Below, one piece after another: positions 17,221 to 25,863 of a stretch of DNA of 64,000 nt. The DNA is taken from contig CAJUEU010000003.1 of assembly GCA_910585735.1 (NCBI GenBank), positions 22,613 through 86,612 of the forward strand, read 5' to 3'. The position numbers and the translations under genes were made by a program. The stretch comes from an uncultured Oscillospiraceae bacterium (GTDB lineage Bacteria; Bacillota; Clostridia; Oscillospirales; Oscillospiraceae). The notes beneath the pieces were generated by a model. That model was not told where the DNA came from and ran no database searches. It saw only the letters and a program-made list of their open reading frames with translations. The first letter of the stretch is position 1, and every line of letters starts with the position of its first letter.

Positions 17221-17223
17221 GCC

Positions 17224-17988
17224 TTACGACTTGGGGCACTGCTTGCCGGCATGGTCGATGGTGTAATCCGTGTTGTACTCTCCGGGGAGAATGAGCTCCG
17301 AGATGGGAACAAAGGTGTAGCCCTCCTGGAGCAGAGTCTCCAGAATGGCGGGCAGGGCCTCGGGGGTGTGCTTGGCGGCGTTGTGAAACAGCACGATGGA
17401 GCCCGCCTGCACCCTGGAGGTCACCCGTTTGGTGATCTCGGCGGCGCTGAGGTCCTTCCAGTCCAGGGAGTCCACATCCCATTGAATGGGCTCCATGCCG
17501 ATGGCCCGGATGGCGGTGATCACGTTGTCGTCATACTCCCCGTAGGGGGGGCGAATGAGGGTGGGACGCACCCCGGTGACCGCCTCGATCTTGTCGTTGC
17601 AGGCGTTCAGATCTGCGCCGATCTCCTCCCGGGAAAGCTGGGAGAGATGGTCGTGGTGGTTGGAATGGTTCATCACCTCATGCCCCGCGTCCGAGAGGGC
17701 CTTCACCGACTCAGGGTATTTGTCCACCCACTCCCCCACCACAAAGAAGGTGGCCTTTACATTGTACTTGCTCAAAATGTCGATAAGCTGCTGGGTGTCC
17801 TCATTGCCCCAGGCTGCGTCAAAGGAAATGGACACCATTTTTTGGTCCCGCTGGACGCAGTAGATGGGCAATTCTCTGGTGGTGGCCGAGGCCCCTACCA
17901 CCAGAGGAGAGTTCACCGCCCACAGCATACCTCCCGCCGCCAGCAGACAAGCCAGTACGGTCAAAGTCTTTTTCTTCAGCAAAAACAT
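17224..17988 (-). CDS. polysaccharide deacetylase family protein (PdaA/PdaB-like)
   Basis: Signal/TM MFLLKKKTLTVLACLLAAGG, then VSISFDAAWGNEDT...ATFFVVGEWV...GHEVMNHSNHH (NodB motifs). Start moved to ATG 17988. Confidence 0.88.
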   Translation of the reverse strand: MFLLKKKTLTVLACLLAAGGMLWAVNSPLVVGASATTRELPIYCVQRDQKMVSISFDAAWGNEDTQQLIDILSKYNVKATFFVVGEWVDKYPESVKALSDAGHEVMNHSNHHDHLSQLSREEIGADLNACNDKIEAVTGVRPTLIRPPYGEYDDNVITAIRAIGMEPIQWDVDSLDWKDLSAAEITKRVTSRVQAGSIVLFHNAAKHTPEALPAILETLLQEGYTFVPISELILPGEYNTDYTIDHAGKQCPKS

Positions 17989-18097
17989 CTTGATATTCAA
18001 AGGGATCCCCTCCTCGCGATTCTGATGTACTATATGCTTCGTCCACAGGGTTCCATGCGGAAAAATGTACTGAAACCGCATTAGAGATAAGCGTAAA

Positions 18098-18145
18098 AGA
18101 AAAAAAGCAGCCGCCGGAGAACTACTCCGGCGGCTGCTTTTTTTG
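18098..18145. terminator. bidirectional terminator
   Basis: 19-bp stem AAAAAAGCAGCCGCCGGAG/CTCCGGCGGCTGCTTTTTT. Confidence 0.8.
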
Positions 18146-18156
18146 AAAGCAACGAA

Positions 18157-18912
18157 TCAGGGCAAGTTGACGTCAGAAAGCACGGTAGCGCTCCGGCTTT
18201 TTCGCCGGAACTGGAGAGGGGTAAGCCCGGTATACTGCTTAAAGCTCTGGCCGAAATGGCGGCTGGAGGAGAAGCACAACTCGGCGGCAATGGCGGTGAT
18301 GGACAGCTCGCTGGAGGACAGCAGGCTCTGGGCCAGACCGAGCCGTTTCTCCAGAATGTACCGATGAAGGGTACATCCAACTTCTCCTTTGGATAAGGTG
18401 TTCAAATATCCCACAGAGACCCCGGCGGCATCGGCCACATCCTTCTCGGAGAAAGGGGTGGTCAGGTGGGATTCAATATATTCGTTGGCCCGGCGGAGTA
18501 GGGAATTGCTGTGGAGGACGCTCCGATTTTGGACCAGTTCGCATAGTCCCAAGGCGGCGGAGAGGACGGCATCATGAATATCATCCATGGTCTTGGCCTT
18601 GTCGATATCCAGTGTTCGGTTCTCCAGAATGTCGAAAAGGGCGCTGGCCGGAAGCTGGAGCAGATACCCGTGGTGGAGAAGCAGTCCCAGGACCATACAG
18701 GCCTGCATCTGCCGGAAATGGAGGGTGTCTTTCAGCCTGCTGCCAGAGCTGCCGCCCTCGGAGCGGCCACCTGGATAGCCGGCCAAGAGTTCCTGAACTC
18801 TTGCGCTATCTCCGCAGGAGATAGCGTCCAAAGTCATCTGTGCACCGCGGAAAATGACCAGATACCCTTCGGCGGCTTGCTGGGCATGGTCGATGCTGCC
18901 TTCAAATCTCAT
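18157..18912 (-). CDS. AraC family transcriptional regulator
   Basis: C-terminal double HTH (VADAAGVSVGYLNTLSKGEVG...ITAIAAELCFSSSRHFGQSFKQYTGLTPLQFRR). ATG 18912 follows AGGAGG. Confidence 0.85.
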   Translation of the reverse strand: MRFEGSIDHAQQAAEGYLVIFRGAQMTLDAISCGDSARVQELLAGYPGGRSEGGSSGSRLKDTLHFRQMQACMVLGLLLHHGYLLQLPASALFDILENRTLDIDKAKTMDDIHDAVLSAALGLCELVQNRSVLHSNSLLRRANEYIESHLTTPFSEKDVADAAGVSVGYLNTLSKGEVGCTLHRYILEKRLGLAQSLLSSSELSITAIAAELCFSSSRHFGQSFKQYTGLTPLQFRRKSRSATVLSDVNLP

Positions 18913-19128
18913 AGGGGCCTCCTTGTCATTTTGCACAAAAAGTGCAAGCAAAAATTGTGCGGCTTGTCGAAAATGAAAGGACTGCGAAAAAATGATATTT
19001 TAGGATAAAATATGATAGAATTGTGACTAAAATATTTTTATCCTATTATAAACGGCGAAGCAAGCGCTGTCAAATCCAAAAAAGGAGAAGGAAGAAGATC
19101 GACCCAACAAAAAACGGAGGTATGTTTT

Positions 19129-20652
19129 ATGAACATGGAAGGAAGAAACCCCAAGTACGCAAAGTACTGGTCAGCTGACGGACTGCATCACTGCTCTCCC
19201 CTCAGAATGGCCGGCTTTGCCTGCAACAACCTGGCCACCAACATGTACTTCATGATCATGGCCATGGCCAGCTTCTACCTGAACGGCTTCGTGGGCCTGG
19301 CGGTTATGGCTGCGTCCAGCTTTGCCGCTGTCATGCGTGTGTGGGACGCCGTCACTGACCCTATGATCGGCTTCATTATTGACCGGACCAATGGTAAGTT
19401 CGGCAAGATGCGTCCCTTTATGGTGATCGGCAACATCGGTATGCACATTACCTCGTTTCTCCTGTTCCATGTGACCCACCAGCTGCCCGAGGGCTTCGCT
19501 CGGATCGCGTTCTACACGGTGATTTGTGTGGTCTACTACATCTTCTTCACCTTCCAGAATGCCATCACCCGGGCTGGTCAGGCCGTTATGACCAACGACC
19601 CCAAGCAGCGCCCTCTGTTCTCCATGTTCAACGTGATCATTCCCATCGTTGTCATGACCGTGGTCACTTGGCATCGGACCAATATTCTGATCCCCAAGTA
19701 CGGCTCCTACTACAGCACCGGGCTGTTCCATGACATGTGGCTGGTGGCCTTCTGCACCTCCGTGGTGTGCACCATTATCGCCGTCATTGCCATCGCGCCC
19801 AAGGACCAGCCCGAGTTCTACGGCGTCAACACCGCTACCAAGGCTGCCAAAATCAGCTTCAAGGACTATGCTGAGGTCCTGAAGGGAAACAAGGCGATCC
19901 GCTGGCTGATCCTGGCCGCCTGCTCCGACAAATTTGCCACTCAGGCCAACCACACTTCCATCAACATCGTTCTGTGGGGACTGGTGGTAGGAAACAATGC
20001 TCTCTCCGGCGGTATGGGTATCTACACCAATGGCTTTACCATCATCTTCGCCTTACTGGGCTACGGCGTGGTGGCTCAGAAGCTGGGCCTGCGGAAGACC
20101 TATGTGGTGGGCTCTCTGGGCGGTATTGTTCTGAACCTCTGTATGATCATGCTGTGGGTCTTCGGCGATCCTACCACTATGAACCTGCCCGGCTATGAGG
20201 GCTTCAACGGCTTCTCCCTGTTCACAATTCTCTACATGGTTCTGATCATCGCCAAGGGCGGCTTCGGCACCATGACCGGCGACATCGTTCTGCCCATGAT
20301 TTCCGACTGTACCGACTACGAGGTCTACCGCAGCGGCAAGTTCGTTCCCGGCCTGATGGGTACCCTCTTCAGCCTGGTGGACAAGGGCATCAGCTCCATC
20401 TCCCCCATGTTCACCGGCCTGATCTTCAGCTTCATCGGCTTTGCCGATGCCTATCCCGACCTGACCACCCAACTTACTCCCACCTTGTTTGCCGTGGCTC
20501 TGTTCATTGCTTACGGCCTGCCCTCCATCGGCCTGGCCATTAACATCATCGCCATGGAGTTTTATCCCCTGACCAAGGAGAAGATGGCCGAGATCCAGGA
20601 CGAGATTGCCCGGATCAAGGCCCGGGATATGGCCGCTATAGAGCAGAAATAA
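19129..20652 (+). CDS. MFS/GPH-family glycoside:cation symporter
   Basis: About 12 TM segments. The N-terminal WDAVTDPMIGFIIDRT motif is typical of MelB/GPH transporters. Confidence 0.85.
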   Translation: MNMEGRNPKYAKYWSADGLHHCSPLRMAGFACNNLATNMYFMIMAMASFYLNGFVGLAVMAASSFAAVMRVWDAVTDPMIGFIIDRTNGKFGKMRPFMVIGNIGMHITSFLLFHVTHQLPEGFARIAFYTVICVVYYIFFTFQNAITRAGQAVMTNDPKQRPLFSMFNVIIPIVVMTVVTWHRTNILIPKYGSYYSTGLFHDMWLVAFCTSVVCTIIAVIAIAPKDQPEFYGVNTATKAAKISFKDYAEVLKGNKAIRWLILAACSDKFATQANHTSINIVLWGLVVGNNALSGGMGIYTNGFTIIFALLGYGVVAQKLGLRKTYVVGSLGGIVLNLCMIMLWVFGDPTTMNLPGYEGFNGFSLFTILYMVLIIAKGGFGTMTGDIVLPMISDCTDYEVYRSGKFVPGLMGTLFSLVDKGISSISPMFTGLIFSFIGFADAYPDLTTQLTPTLFAVALFIAYGLPSIGLAINIIAMEFYPLTKEKMAEIQDEIARIKARDMAAIEQK

Positions 20653-20677
20653 GCCATTGTAAAAGGAGAATTCAGCC

Positions 20678-21607
20678 ATGTCTATGGATAAGGTCACGAT
20701 CTCCGGCTTCGCCGACGAGATCAGCCAGAGCTTTGACGAGCAGCTTCAGGTAGTCACCGATTTGGGGATGAAGTATATCTGCATCCGCTCTGCCGAGGGC
20801 AAGGGGATTGCGGATTACACCCCCCAGGAGATGGAGGAGACTCTGCTGCCCCGGATGAAAAAGGCCAGGGTGGGGGGTTCCAGCTTGGGCTCGGCCATCG
20901 GGAAGATCCCTCTGGACGATCAGGAGGCTTTTGAGACCCAGGTGGCCCAGCTGGAGAATCTCTGCCAGCTCTGCAAGGTGCTGGAATGCCGGTACATCCG
21001 GGTCTTCAGCTTCTATCCACCCAAAGGGGAGGATCCCAATACCTGCGGCGAGCAGGTGCTGGAGAAGCTGAAGGTCTTGATTCAGATCGCCGAGAAGAAC
21101 AATGTGATCCTCATTCACGAGAATGAGAAGGGGATCTTCGGCGACACTGGGGATCGTTGTAAGTATGTGATGGACACCCTAGGTGGTCCCCACTTCAAGG
21201 CAGCCTTTGATTTCGCCAATTTTGTCCAGTGCGGGGAGGACCCCGAGAAATGCTGGGATCAGCTGCAGGCTCACATCGCTTACATCCATGTGAAGGATGC
21301 GGTGCCCAACGCTGTTTTGAACGTACCGGCGGGCACAGGAGACGGCAAGATTCCCCAACTTCTCCGCCGGGCCATCCGGGAGGAGGGCTATACCGGATTC
21401 CTTACTCTGGAGCCTCATTTGGCCATGTTCAACTTCTTTGGCGCCAAGCCCAAGGTCGAAGGGGATAAGCCCAAGCCCCCGATGGAGAACAACCCCTTCT
21501 TCCAGAAGCTGAAGGAGGAGATGGCTCAGCCCGGTCGTCCCAAGAATGGGGCCGAGGCCTACGCCATACAGTACAACGCCCTTCAGGACATCCTGGGCAA
21601 AATTTGA
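20678..21607 (+). CDS. sugar phosphate isomerase/epimerase (xylose-isomerase-like TIM barrel)
   Basis: Pattern typical of the AP_endonuc_2/TIM-barrel family (IRVFSFY...LIHENEKGIFGDT...FDFANF...IHVKD...LTLEPHL). Confidence 0.8.
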   Translation: MSMDKVTISGFADEISQSFDEQLQVVTDLGMKYICIRSAEGKGIADYTPQEMEETLLPRMKKARVGGSSLGSAIGKIPLDDQEAFETQVAQLENLCQLCKVLECRYIRVFSFYPPKGEDPNTCGEQVLEKLKVLIQIAEKNNVILIHENEKGIFGDTGDRCKYVMDTLGGPHFKAAFDFANFVQCGEDPEKCWDQLQAHIAYIHVKDAVPNAVLNVPAGTGDGKIPQLLRRAIREEGYTGFLTLEPHLAMFNFFGAKPKVEGDKPKPPMENNPFFQKLKEEMAQPGRPKNGAEAYAIQYNALQDILGKI

Positions 21608-21703
21608 TTTTTCACAGGCCCCTCTATGGGCCAAAAGCTGGGCCTCCAGCAGTTTCCACCGCCGGACCTCCCGCCTGAAAATTTGCGGCCCGCCTCTCTG
21701 CAA

Positions 21704-21752
21704 CAGGAACGCCTCCACAAGCGCTTTGCTTGTGGAGGCGTTCCTGTCTTTT
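21704..21752. terminator. bidirectional terminator
   Basis: 19-bp stem CAGGAACGCCTCCACAAGC/GCTTGTGGAGGCGTTCCTG, followed by TCTTTT. Confidence 0.75.
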
Positions 21753-21758
21753 ATGGGT

Positions 21759-21929
21759 TCAGTTTTCCCCCCGCTCCCGAAGAACAGCCTCCATGGCCTC
21801 CCGGTGGGGGCCCACAATGACCTGGCGCCATCGGTGGAGGATACGGCTGTCAAAAGCCCGGTACTGCCGGACCAGGACATCCCGGTCCTCCACCTGGGCC
21901 AGGGGAAGCTCCTCCTGGGACCTGCACAT
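21759..21929 (-). CDS. hypothetical 56-aa protein (below the ORF-track cutoff)
   Basis: Manual translation: MCRSQEELPLAQVEDRDVLVRQYRAFDSRILHRWRQVIVGPHREAMEAVLRERGEN. GGAGAG-type RBS. Divergent from the XRE gene, and a terminator follows directly downstream. Confidence 0.3.
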   Translation of the reverse strand: MCRSQEELPLAQVEDRDVLVRQYRAFDSRILHRWRQVIVGPHREAMEAVLRERGEN

Positions 21930-22048
21930 AGCCGCTCTCCGCCTTTCTCCCTCGAATAATATCTATAAATATAGCATAAATATCTAAAGATGTAAATACG
22001 AAAGAAAAATTTTGCTATGGTTATAGAAAAGGGAGGGAGAGTATTTTT

Positions 22049-22366
22049 ATGGAGATAGGAAAGCGGATCATAGACCTGCGGGAGAAAAAAGGCTGGACCA
22101 CCAACCGGCTGGCCAACGCCTGCGGTTTGTCCCAAAGCTTTTTGCGGGCGGTGGAGCTGGAGGAAAAGGGGATCTCGGTGGAAAGCCTCTCCCTGGTGTG
22201 CGATGCCCTGGGGGTGTCTCTCCGGGACTTTTTTGACCTGCCCGGGGAGGAGGAGACCCCGGAGGCCCGCCTGGAGCGGCGGGTGCGGGAGCTGACTCCC
22301 CGGCAAAAGGGAAGCCTGCTGCAATTTCTGGACGCTATGGCGGGGGAGGGAAGAGTTCCCAGATAG
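22049..22366 (+). CDS. XRE-family helix-turn-helix transcriptional regulator
   Basis: IGKRIIDLREKKGWTTNRLANACGLSQSFLRAVELEEKGISVESLSLVCDALGVSLRDFF. Confidence 0.8.
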   Translation: MEIGKRIIDLREKKGWTTNRLANACGLSQSFLRAVELEEKGISVESLSLVCDALGVSLRDFFDLPGEEETPEARLERRVRELTPRQKGSLLQFLDAMAGEGRVPR

Positions 22367-22425
22367 GCTTGCAATCGGCATTTGGGAAGATTATAATAGA
22401 GCTATTACAAAAAGGAGGATTTTCC

Positions 22426-23421
22426 ATGTCCATGAAGACCATTTTGGTAGCCGGCGGAGCCGGCTATATCGGCAGCCACATGGTGGCTTTGCTGGTGGAA
22501 AAGGGTTATGATGTGGTGGTGGCTGACAATCTCTGCACCGGCCACCGGGACGCTGTTAAGGGGGCCAAACTGGAGATTTGTGACTTGCGGGACAAGGAGG
22601 CCATGGAGAAGCTTTTCTCCTCCTATCCCATTGATGGGGTCATCAACTTTGCCGCCTTCTCCTTGGTAGGGGAGAGCGTGGCTGACCCGCTGAAATACTA
22701 TGGAAACAATGTCTCCGGGGCTGTGGGGATCCTCACGGCCATGAAGGACCACGGGGTGAACAAGATCGTTTTCTCCTCCACCGCCGCCACTTACGGGGAG
22801 CCCGAGAGGCAGCCCATTGAGGAGATCGACCGAACCGAGCCCATCAACCCCTACGGGGCCTCCAAGCTGACCATTGAGGGGCTTCTTAAGTGGTGCGATA
22901 AGGCTTATGGGATCAAATACGCCGCCCTGCGGTATTTCAACGCCGCCGGTGCCGACCCCGAGGTTTCCATCGGGGAGGACCACTTCCCCGAGACCCACCT
23001 AATCCCCAACGTGCTTTCTGCCGCTCTGGGCAAAAAATCCCTGGAGCTTTACGGGGACGACTACCCCACCCCGGACGGCACCTGTGTCCGGGATTATATC
23101 CACGTTCGGGACCTGGCGGAGGCCCACCTGCTTGCCTTGGAGTACCTGGACAGGGGAGGGGAGAGCGGCCCCTTTAACTTGGGCAGCGGGGACGGCTACA
23201 GCGTGAAAGAGATCGTGGAGACCGCCCGGAGGGTCACGGGTAAGCCCATTCCCGCCGCCATGAAGCCCCGCCGCCCCGGAGATCCCCCCACCCTCATCGC
23301 CTCCAATAAAAAGGCCCGGGAGGTGCTGGGCTGGACCCCTAAGCGGGGACTGGAGGAGATCATCGCCGACGCCTGGACCTGGCATCAGGGCCACCCCGAG
23401 GGCTATGGGGACCGAAAATAA
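22426..23421 (+). CDS. galE: UDP-glucose 4-epimerase
   Basis: ILVAGGAGYIGSH Rossmann motif, YGASKL catalytic motif and full-length GalE pattern. ATG 22426 follows AGGAGG. Confidence 0.93.
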   Translation: MSMKTILVAGGAGYIGSHMVALLVEKGYDVVVADNLCTGHRDAVKGAKLEICDLRDKEAMEKLFSSYPIDGVINFAAFSLVGESVADPLKYYGNNVSGAVGILTAMKDHGVNKIVFSSTAATYGEPERQPIEEIDRTEPINPYGASKLTIEGLLKWCDKAYGIKYAALRYFNAAGADPEVSIGEDHFPETHLIPNVLSAALGKKSLELYGDDYPTPDGTCVRDYIHVRDLAEAHLLALEYLDRGGESGPFNLGSGDGYSVKEIVETARRVTGKPIPAAMKPRRPGDPPTLIASNKKAREVLGWTPKRGLEEIIADAWTWHQGHPEGYGDRK

Positions 23422-23430
23422 GGAAAATAT

Positions 23431-23478
23431 AAAAACAGGGGGTATTTCTTGGCCGAAGAAATACCCCCTGTTTTTCGT
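23431..23478. terminator. bidirectional terminator
   Basis: 20-bp stem AAAAACAGGGGGTATTTCTT/AAGAAATACCCCCTGTTTTT. Confidence 0.8.
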
Positions 23479-23486
23479 TTTCGGAT

Positions 23487-24824
23487 TTACAGAAACTCAA
23501 ACCCCACCGTTTCCACGCTCCGCTCCATCCCGCCGCCCGGCAGCCCCACGCCGTCCACTGTCATCTCTCCAAGCTGGTTGTCGTAGGGGTCGTGTCGGTA
23601 GCAGGGGTCGGGGGGCGTAAGGGGAGCCTGAAAGACCGAGTTGGCCACCATCCGCTGAGGGTCCAGGTTGCCGAAGTAGTGCCTGCGGCGGTCCTCCTCC
23701 CCCTGCCGCCGGGCCCCGGAGCCAAAGGAGGGGTCGGCGTAGAGCCAGCCGTGGGGCGCGATGTAGAACCTGCACCAGTCGTGGCACCCCGCACTGTCCG
23801 GCTGGACCGACAGGCCGCTCTGCCATTGGGCGGGGATGCCCGCGATCCGGCACAGGGTGATGAACAGCAGGGCCATCACCCCGCAGTCTCCCCGGCCCGA
23901 GAGGGCGCAGTGCTCGGCGATGCTGGCGTCCAGCAGAGCGTAGGAGGGCTGAAAGCGGTAGTCGATGCGTTCGGTGACATACTGGTAAATGGCGTGAGCC
24001 TTCTCCAAAGCGGTTTTGCAGTCCTTGGTGATTTCCTGACATAAGGCACGGAGATAGGGAGTAAAGGCGATGTGGGGCAGCTCCTCCCCGGTGTCAAAGT
24101 CGGGCTGGACCAAATCGCAGGGGAGGGAAAGGGCGTCCACATAGCTTGCCCGGTGGGTGTAGTGGTAGACCACCTCAAAGCTGTCCCGGTCACAGCACTC
24201 CCAGTAGATGGTCCGGGCAGGGGAATCCGCGGGGGCGAGGACATACCCCGGCGTGGCAGAGAGAATTTCTATCTCCGCCTGCTGGGGGCAGTCTGCCGGG
24301 AAGGGAAGCCAGGCCTGGACCTTTTTGCCGCCCGCCGGAGCCTTGGAGCGAATGGTGTGCTTGATGGTGATGACGGCGGTGAGGGAGCCCTCGGCTTTCA
24401 TCCGGGAGAGCATTTCGTTTCTCCGGGTGTGGTCCTCGATTTTGTGCTTCAGGCCGGGGGCCTCAGCGGGATAATTCCGCAGAGCGCCCACAAAGCTGCC
24501 GATGTACCGCTCCTCGCCGTTCACATACCGCCAGTCGATGCGCCCGCTGTCCACCAGGGCGTCAAACTGCGCCGCAGTGCAGTCAGCCCACTCCTCCCGA
24601 AGCAGGGAAAGGGCCTGGGCCCTGGTGTAGGGGTAGTTGCTCTCCAGCCGGGCGAGCCGGTCTTCCTCGCACCGAAGCCGGGCGGCCAACTCAGGGGTAC
24701 AGCCCCGGTCCAGATAGCCCCGGATGAGGTCCCTGGCCCGGTCCAGTTCCCCCGCGGCCACCCGCCGGGCCACATCGGCTGGCAGGGGAAAGTGAAGATA
24801 GAGGTAGTCCTTATTTTCCATCAT
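23487..24824 (-). CDS. transglutaminase-like cysteine-protease-fold protein
   Basis: Core motif GRGDCGVMALLFITLCRIAGIPAQWQSG. Start moved to the MMENKDY ATG at 24824. Confidence 0.8.
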   Translation of the reverse strand: MMENKDYLYLHFPLPADVARRVAAGELDRARDLIRGYLDRGCTPELAARLRCEEDRLARLESNYPYTRAQALSLLREEWADCTAAQFDALVDSGRIDWRYVNGEERYIGSFVGALRNYPAEAPGLKHKIEDHTRRNEMLSRMKAEGSLTAVITIKHTIRSKAPAGGKKVQAWLPFPADCPQQAEIEILSATPGYVLAPADSPARTIYWECCDRDSFEVVYHYTHRASYVDALSLPCDLVQPDFDTGEELPHIAFTPYLRALCQEITKDCKTALEKAHAIYQYVTERIDYRFQPSYALLDASIAEHCALSGRGDCGVMALLFITLCRIAGIPAQWQSGLSVQPDSAGCHDWCRFYIAPHGWLYADPSFGSGARRQGEEDRRRHYFGNLDPQRMVANSVFQAPLTPPDPCYRHDPYDNQLGEMTVDGVGLPGGGMERSVETVGFEFL

Positions 24825-25860
24825 AGGATGATCTTCCTTTCTTTGCTTTCCCACGTATCCCGTCACACAGCTTTTTCAGCCCCCAGGCCAGAGCCACGGC
24901 CAGCAGCACCGCCAGGCCGTTGAGCTCCACAGAGCCCTGGTGGTTGGGAAATACCGCCCGGCCTAAAAAGCCCAGCAGCCGCTCGTGGATGAGATAGATC
25001 TCCAGGGTGATGCCGCCCAGAGCTCCCAACAGCCGCTGAATCCATCCATCTTTGGGAATCCAGGCCAGGAGCGTCGCTACCCCCAGGGAGAGAAACAGGC
25101 TGAGGGGAAGGAGGGGCAAAAGCCGCAGGTACCAAGGTTCTGTTATGGTCCAAACGGCCAGGGAAAGCCCTGTCCCAAGCCCGCAGACCACAAGGGTGGG
25201 GAAAGCTTTCAGTGGCCGGCCCTCTTTCACCAGAGGAGCCAGGAAGCACCCAACCAAAAATACGGGGATTCGAAACAGAAGCCCATAGATGCGGAAAAAC
25301 AGCGGCCGGGCTGTGAGAAACATAAGCCGGGACAGGGCCAAGCTCCCCGCCACCAGCAGAAGGGCCCAAAGCCAGCGGTACTTGGACTTGACCACCCGGT
25401 ATAAGAAGGGGTAGGCCAGGTAACACAGCAGAATAAAGGCCACAAACCAGTTGCTCAGGTCTCCATCCCGGAAAAGGCTCACAAAGGTAAGGTTCCGCAG
25501 GGAGGCTCCCAAGCCCTGAAGCCCTAAAAGACACCGGGAGCCCTCGTAGACCAGGGCGGCCAAAAGATAGGGCAGCAGCACCCGGAGGGCCCGCTTTTGA
25601 TAAAAGCGGAGAGGGACGCTGTCCCTCTCCATGGAATAATACAGGCCCAGACCGGAGAGCAGCAGAAACACATCCACTCCGGCGTAGCCCATGGTTTTCA
25701 CAAGCCGCAGAGGCTCCCCGGGCAGGGTAAGGGTAGAGTGGAAGAGCATGATCCAGAGAATGGACAGACCAAACAGCCCCGAACGCTGGGAGCTGAGCAC
25801 GTTCAGGTCTGTCTGGCCCAATGACTGTATGGTGTGATTTTTTGGGCGGGAGGAGGCCAC
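24811..25860 (-). CDS. acyltransferase family 3 membrane protein
   Basis: Polytopic. The N-terminus SGLFGLSILWIMLFH is typical of Acyl_transf_3. GTG start lies 3 nt after the aspS stop. Confidence 0.8.
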   Translation of the reverse strand: MASSRPKNHTIQSLGQTDLNVLSSQRSGLFGLSILWIMLFHSTLTLPGEPLRLVKTMGYAGVDVFLLLSGLGLYYSMERDSVPLRFYQKRALRVLLPYLLAALVYEGSRCLLGLQGLGASLRNLTFVSLFRDGDLSNWFVAFILLCYLAYPFLYRVVKSKYRWLWALLLVAGSLALSRLMFLTARPLFFRIYGLLFRIPVFLVGCFLAPLVKEGRPLKAFPTLVVCGLGTGLSLAVWTITEPWYLRLLPLLPLSLFLSLGVATLLAWIPKDGWIQRLLGALGGITLEIYLIHERLLGFLGRAVFPNHQGSVELNGLAVLLAVALAWGLKKLCDGIRGKAKKGRSSYDGK

Positions 25861-25863
25861 GGA

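Larger units (their letters stand above)
15077..17222. other. low-GC genomic islet (three-gene cassette) in a high-GC background
   Basis: Abrupt drop in GC, by eye to about 40-45% against about 60-65% in the flanks. It starts at an almost pure AT stretch and ends at a GC-clamped bidirectional terminator. No integrase and no flanking direct repeats were seen. Confidence 0.6.

Noticed and set aside
15077-17222. Calling the low-GC islet a mobile element or prophage remnant
   Set aside because: No integrase, transposase, recombinase, terminal inverted repeats or flanking direct repeats were found by eye. It is annotated only as a compositional islet.
21179-22381. 400-aa minus-strand ORF spanning the isomerase gene end, an intergenic region and the XRE gene
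   Set aside because: It crosses a strong bidirectional terminator and an AT-rich promoter region, is antisense to two supported genes, and has no family resemblance. Only a short 56-aa ORF in another frame was retained, at low confidence.
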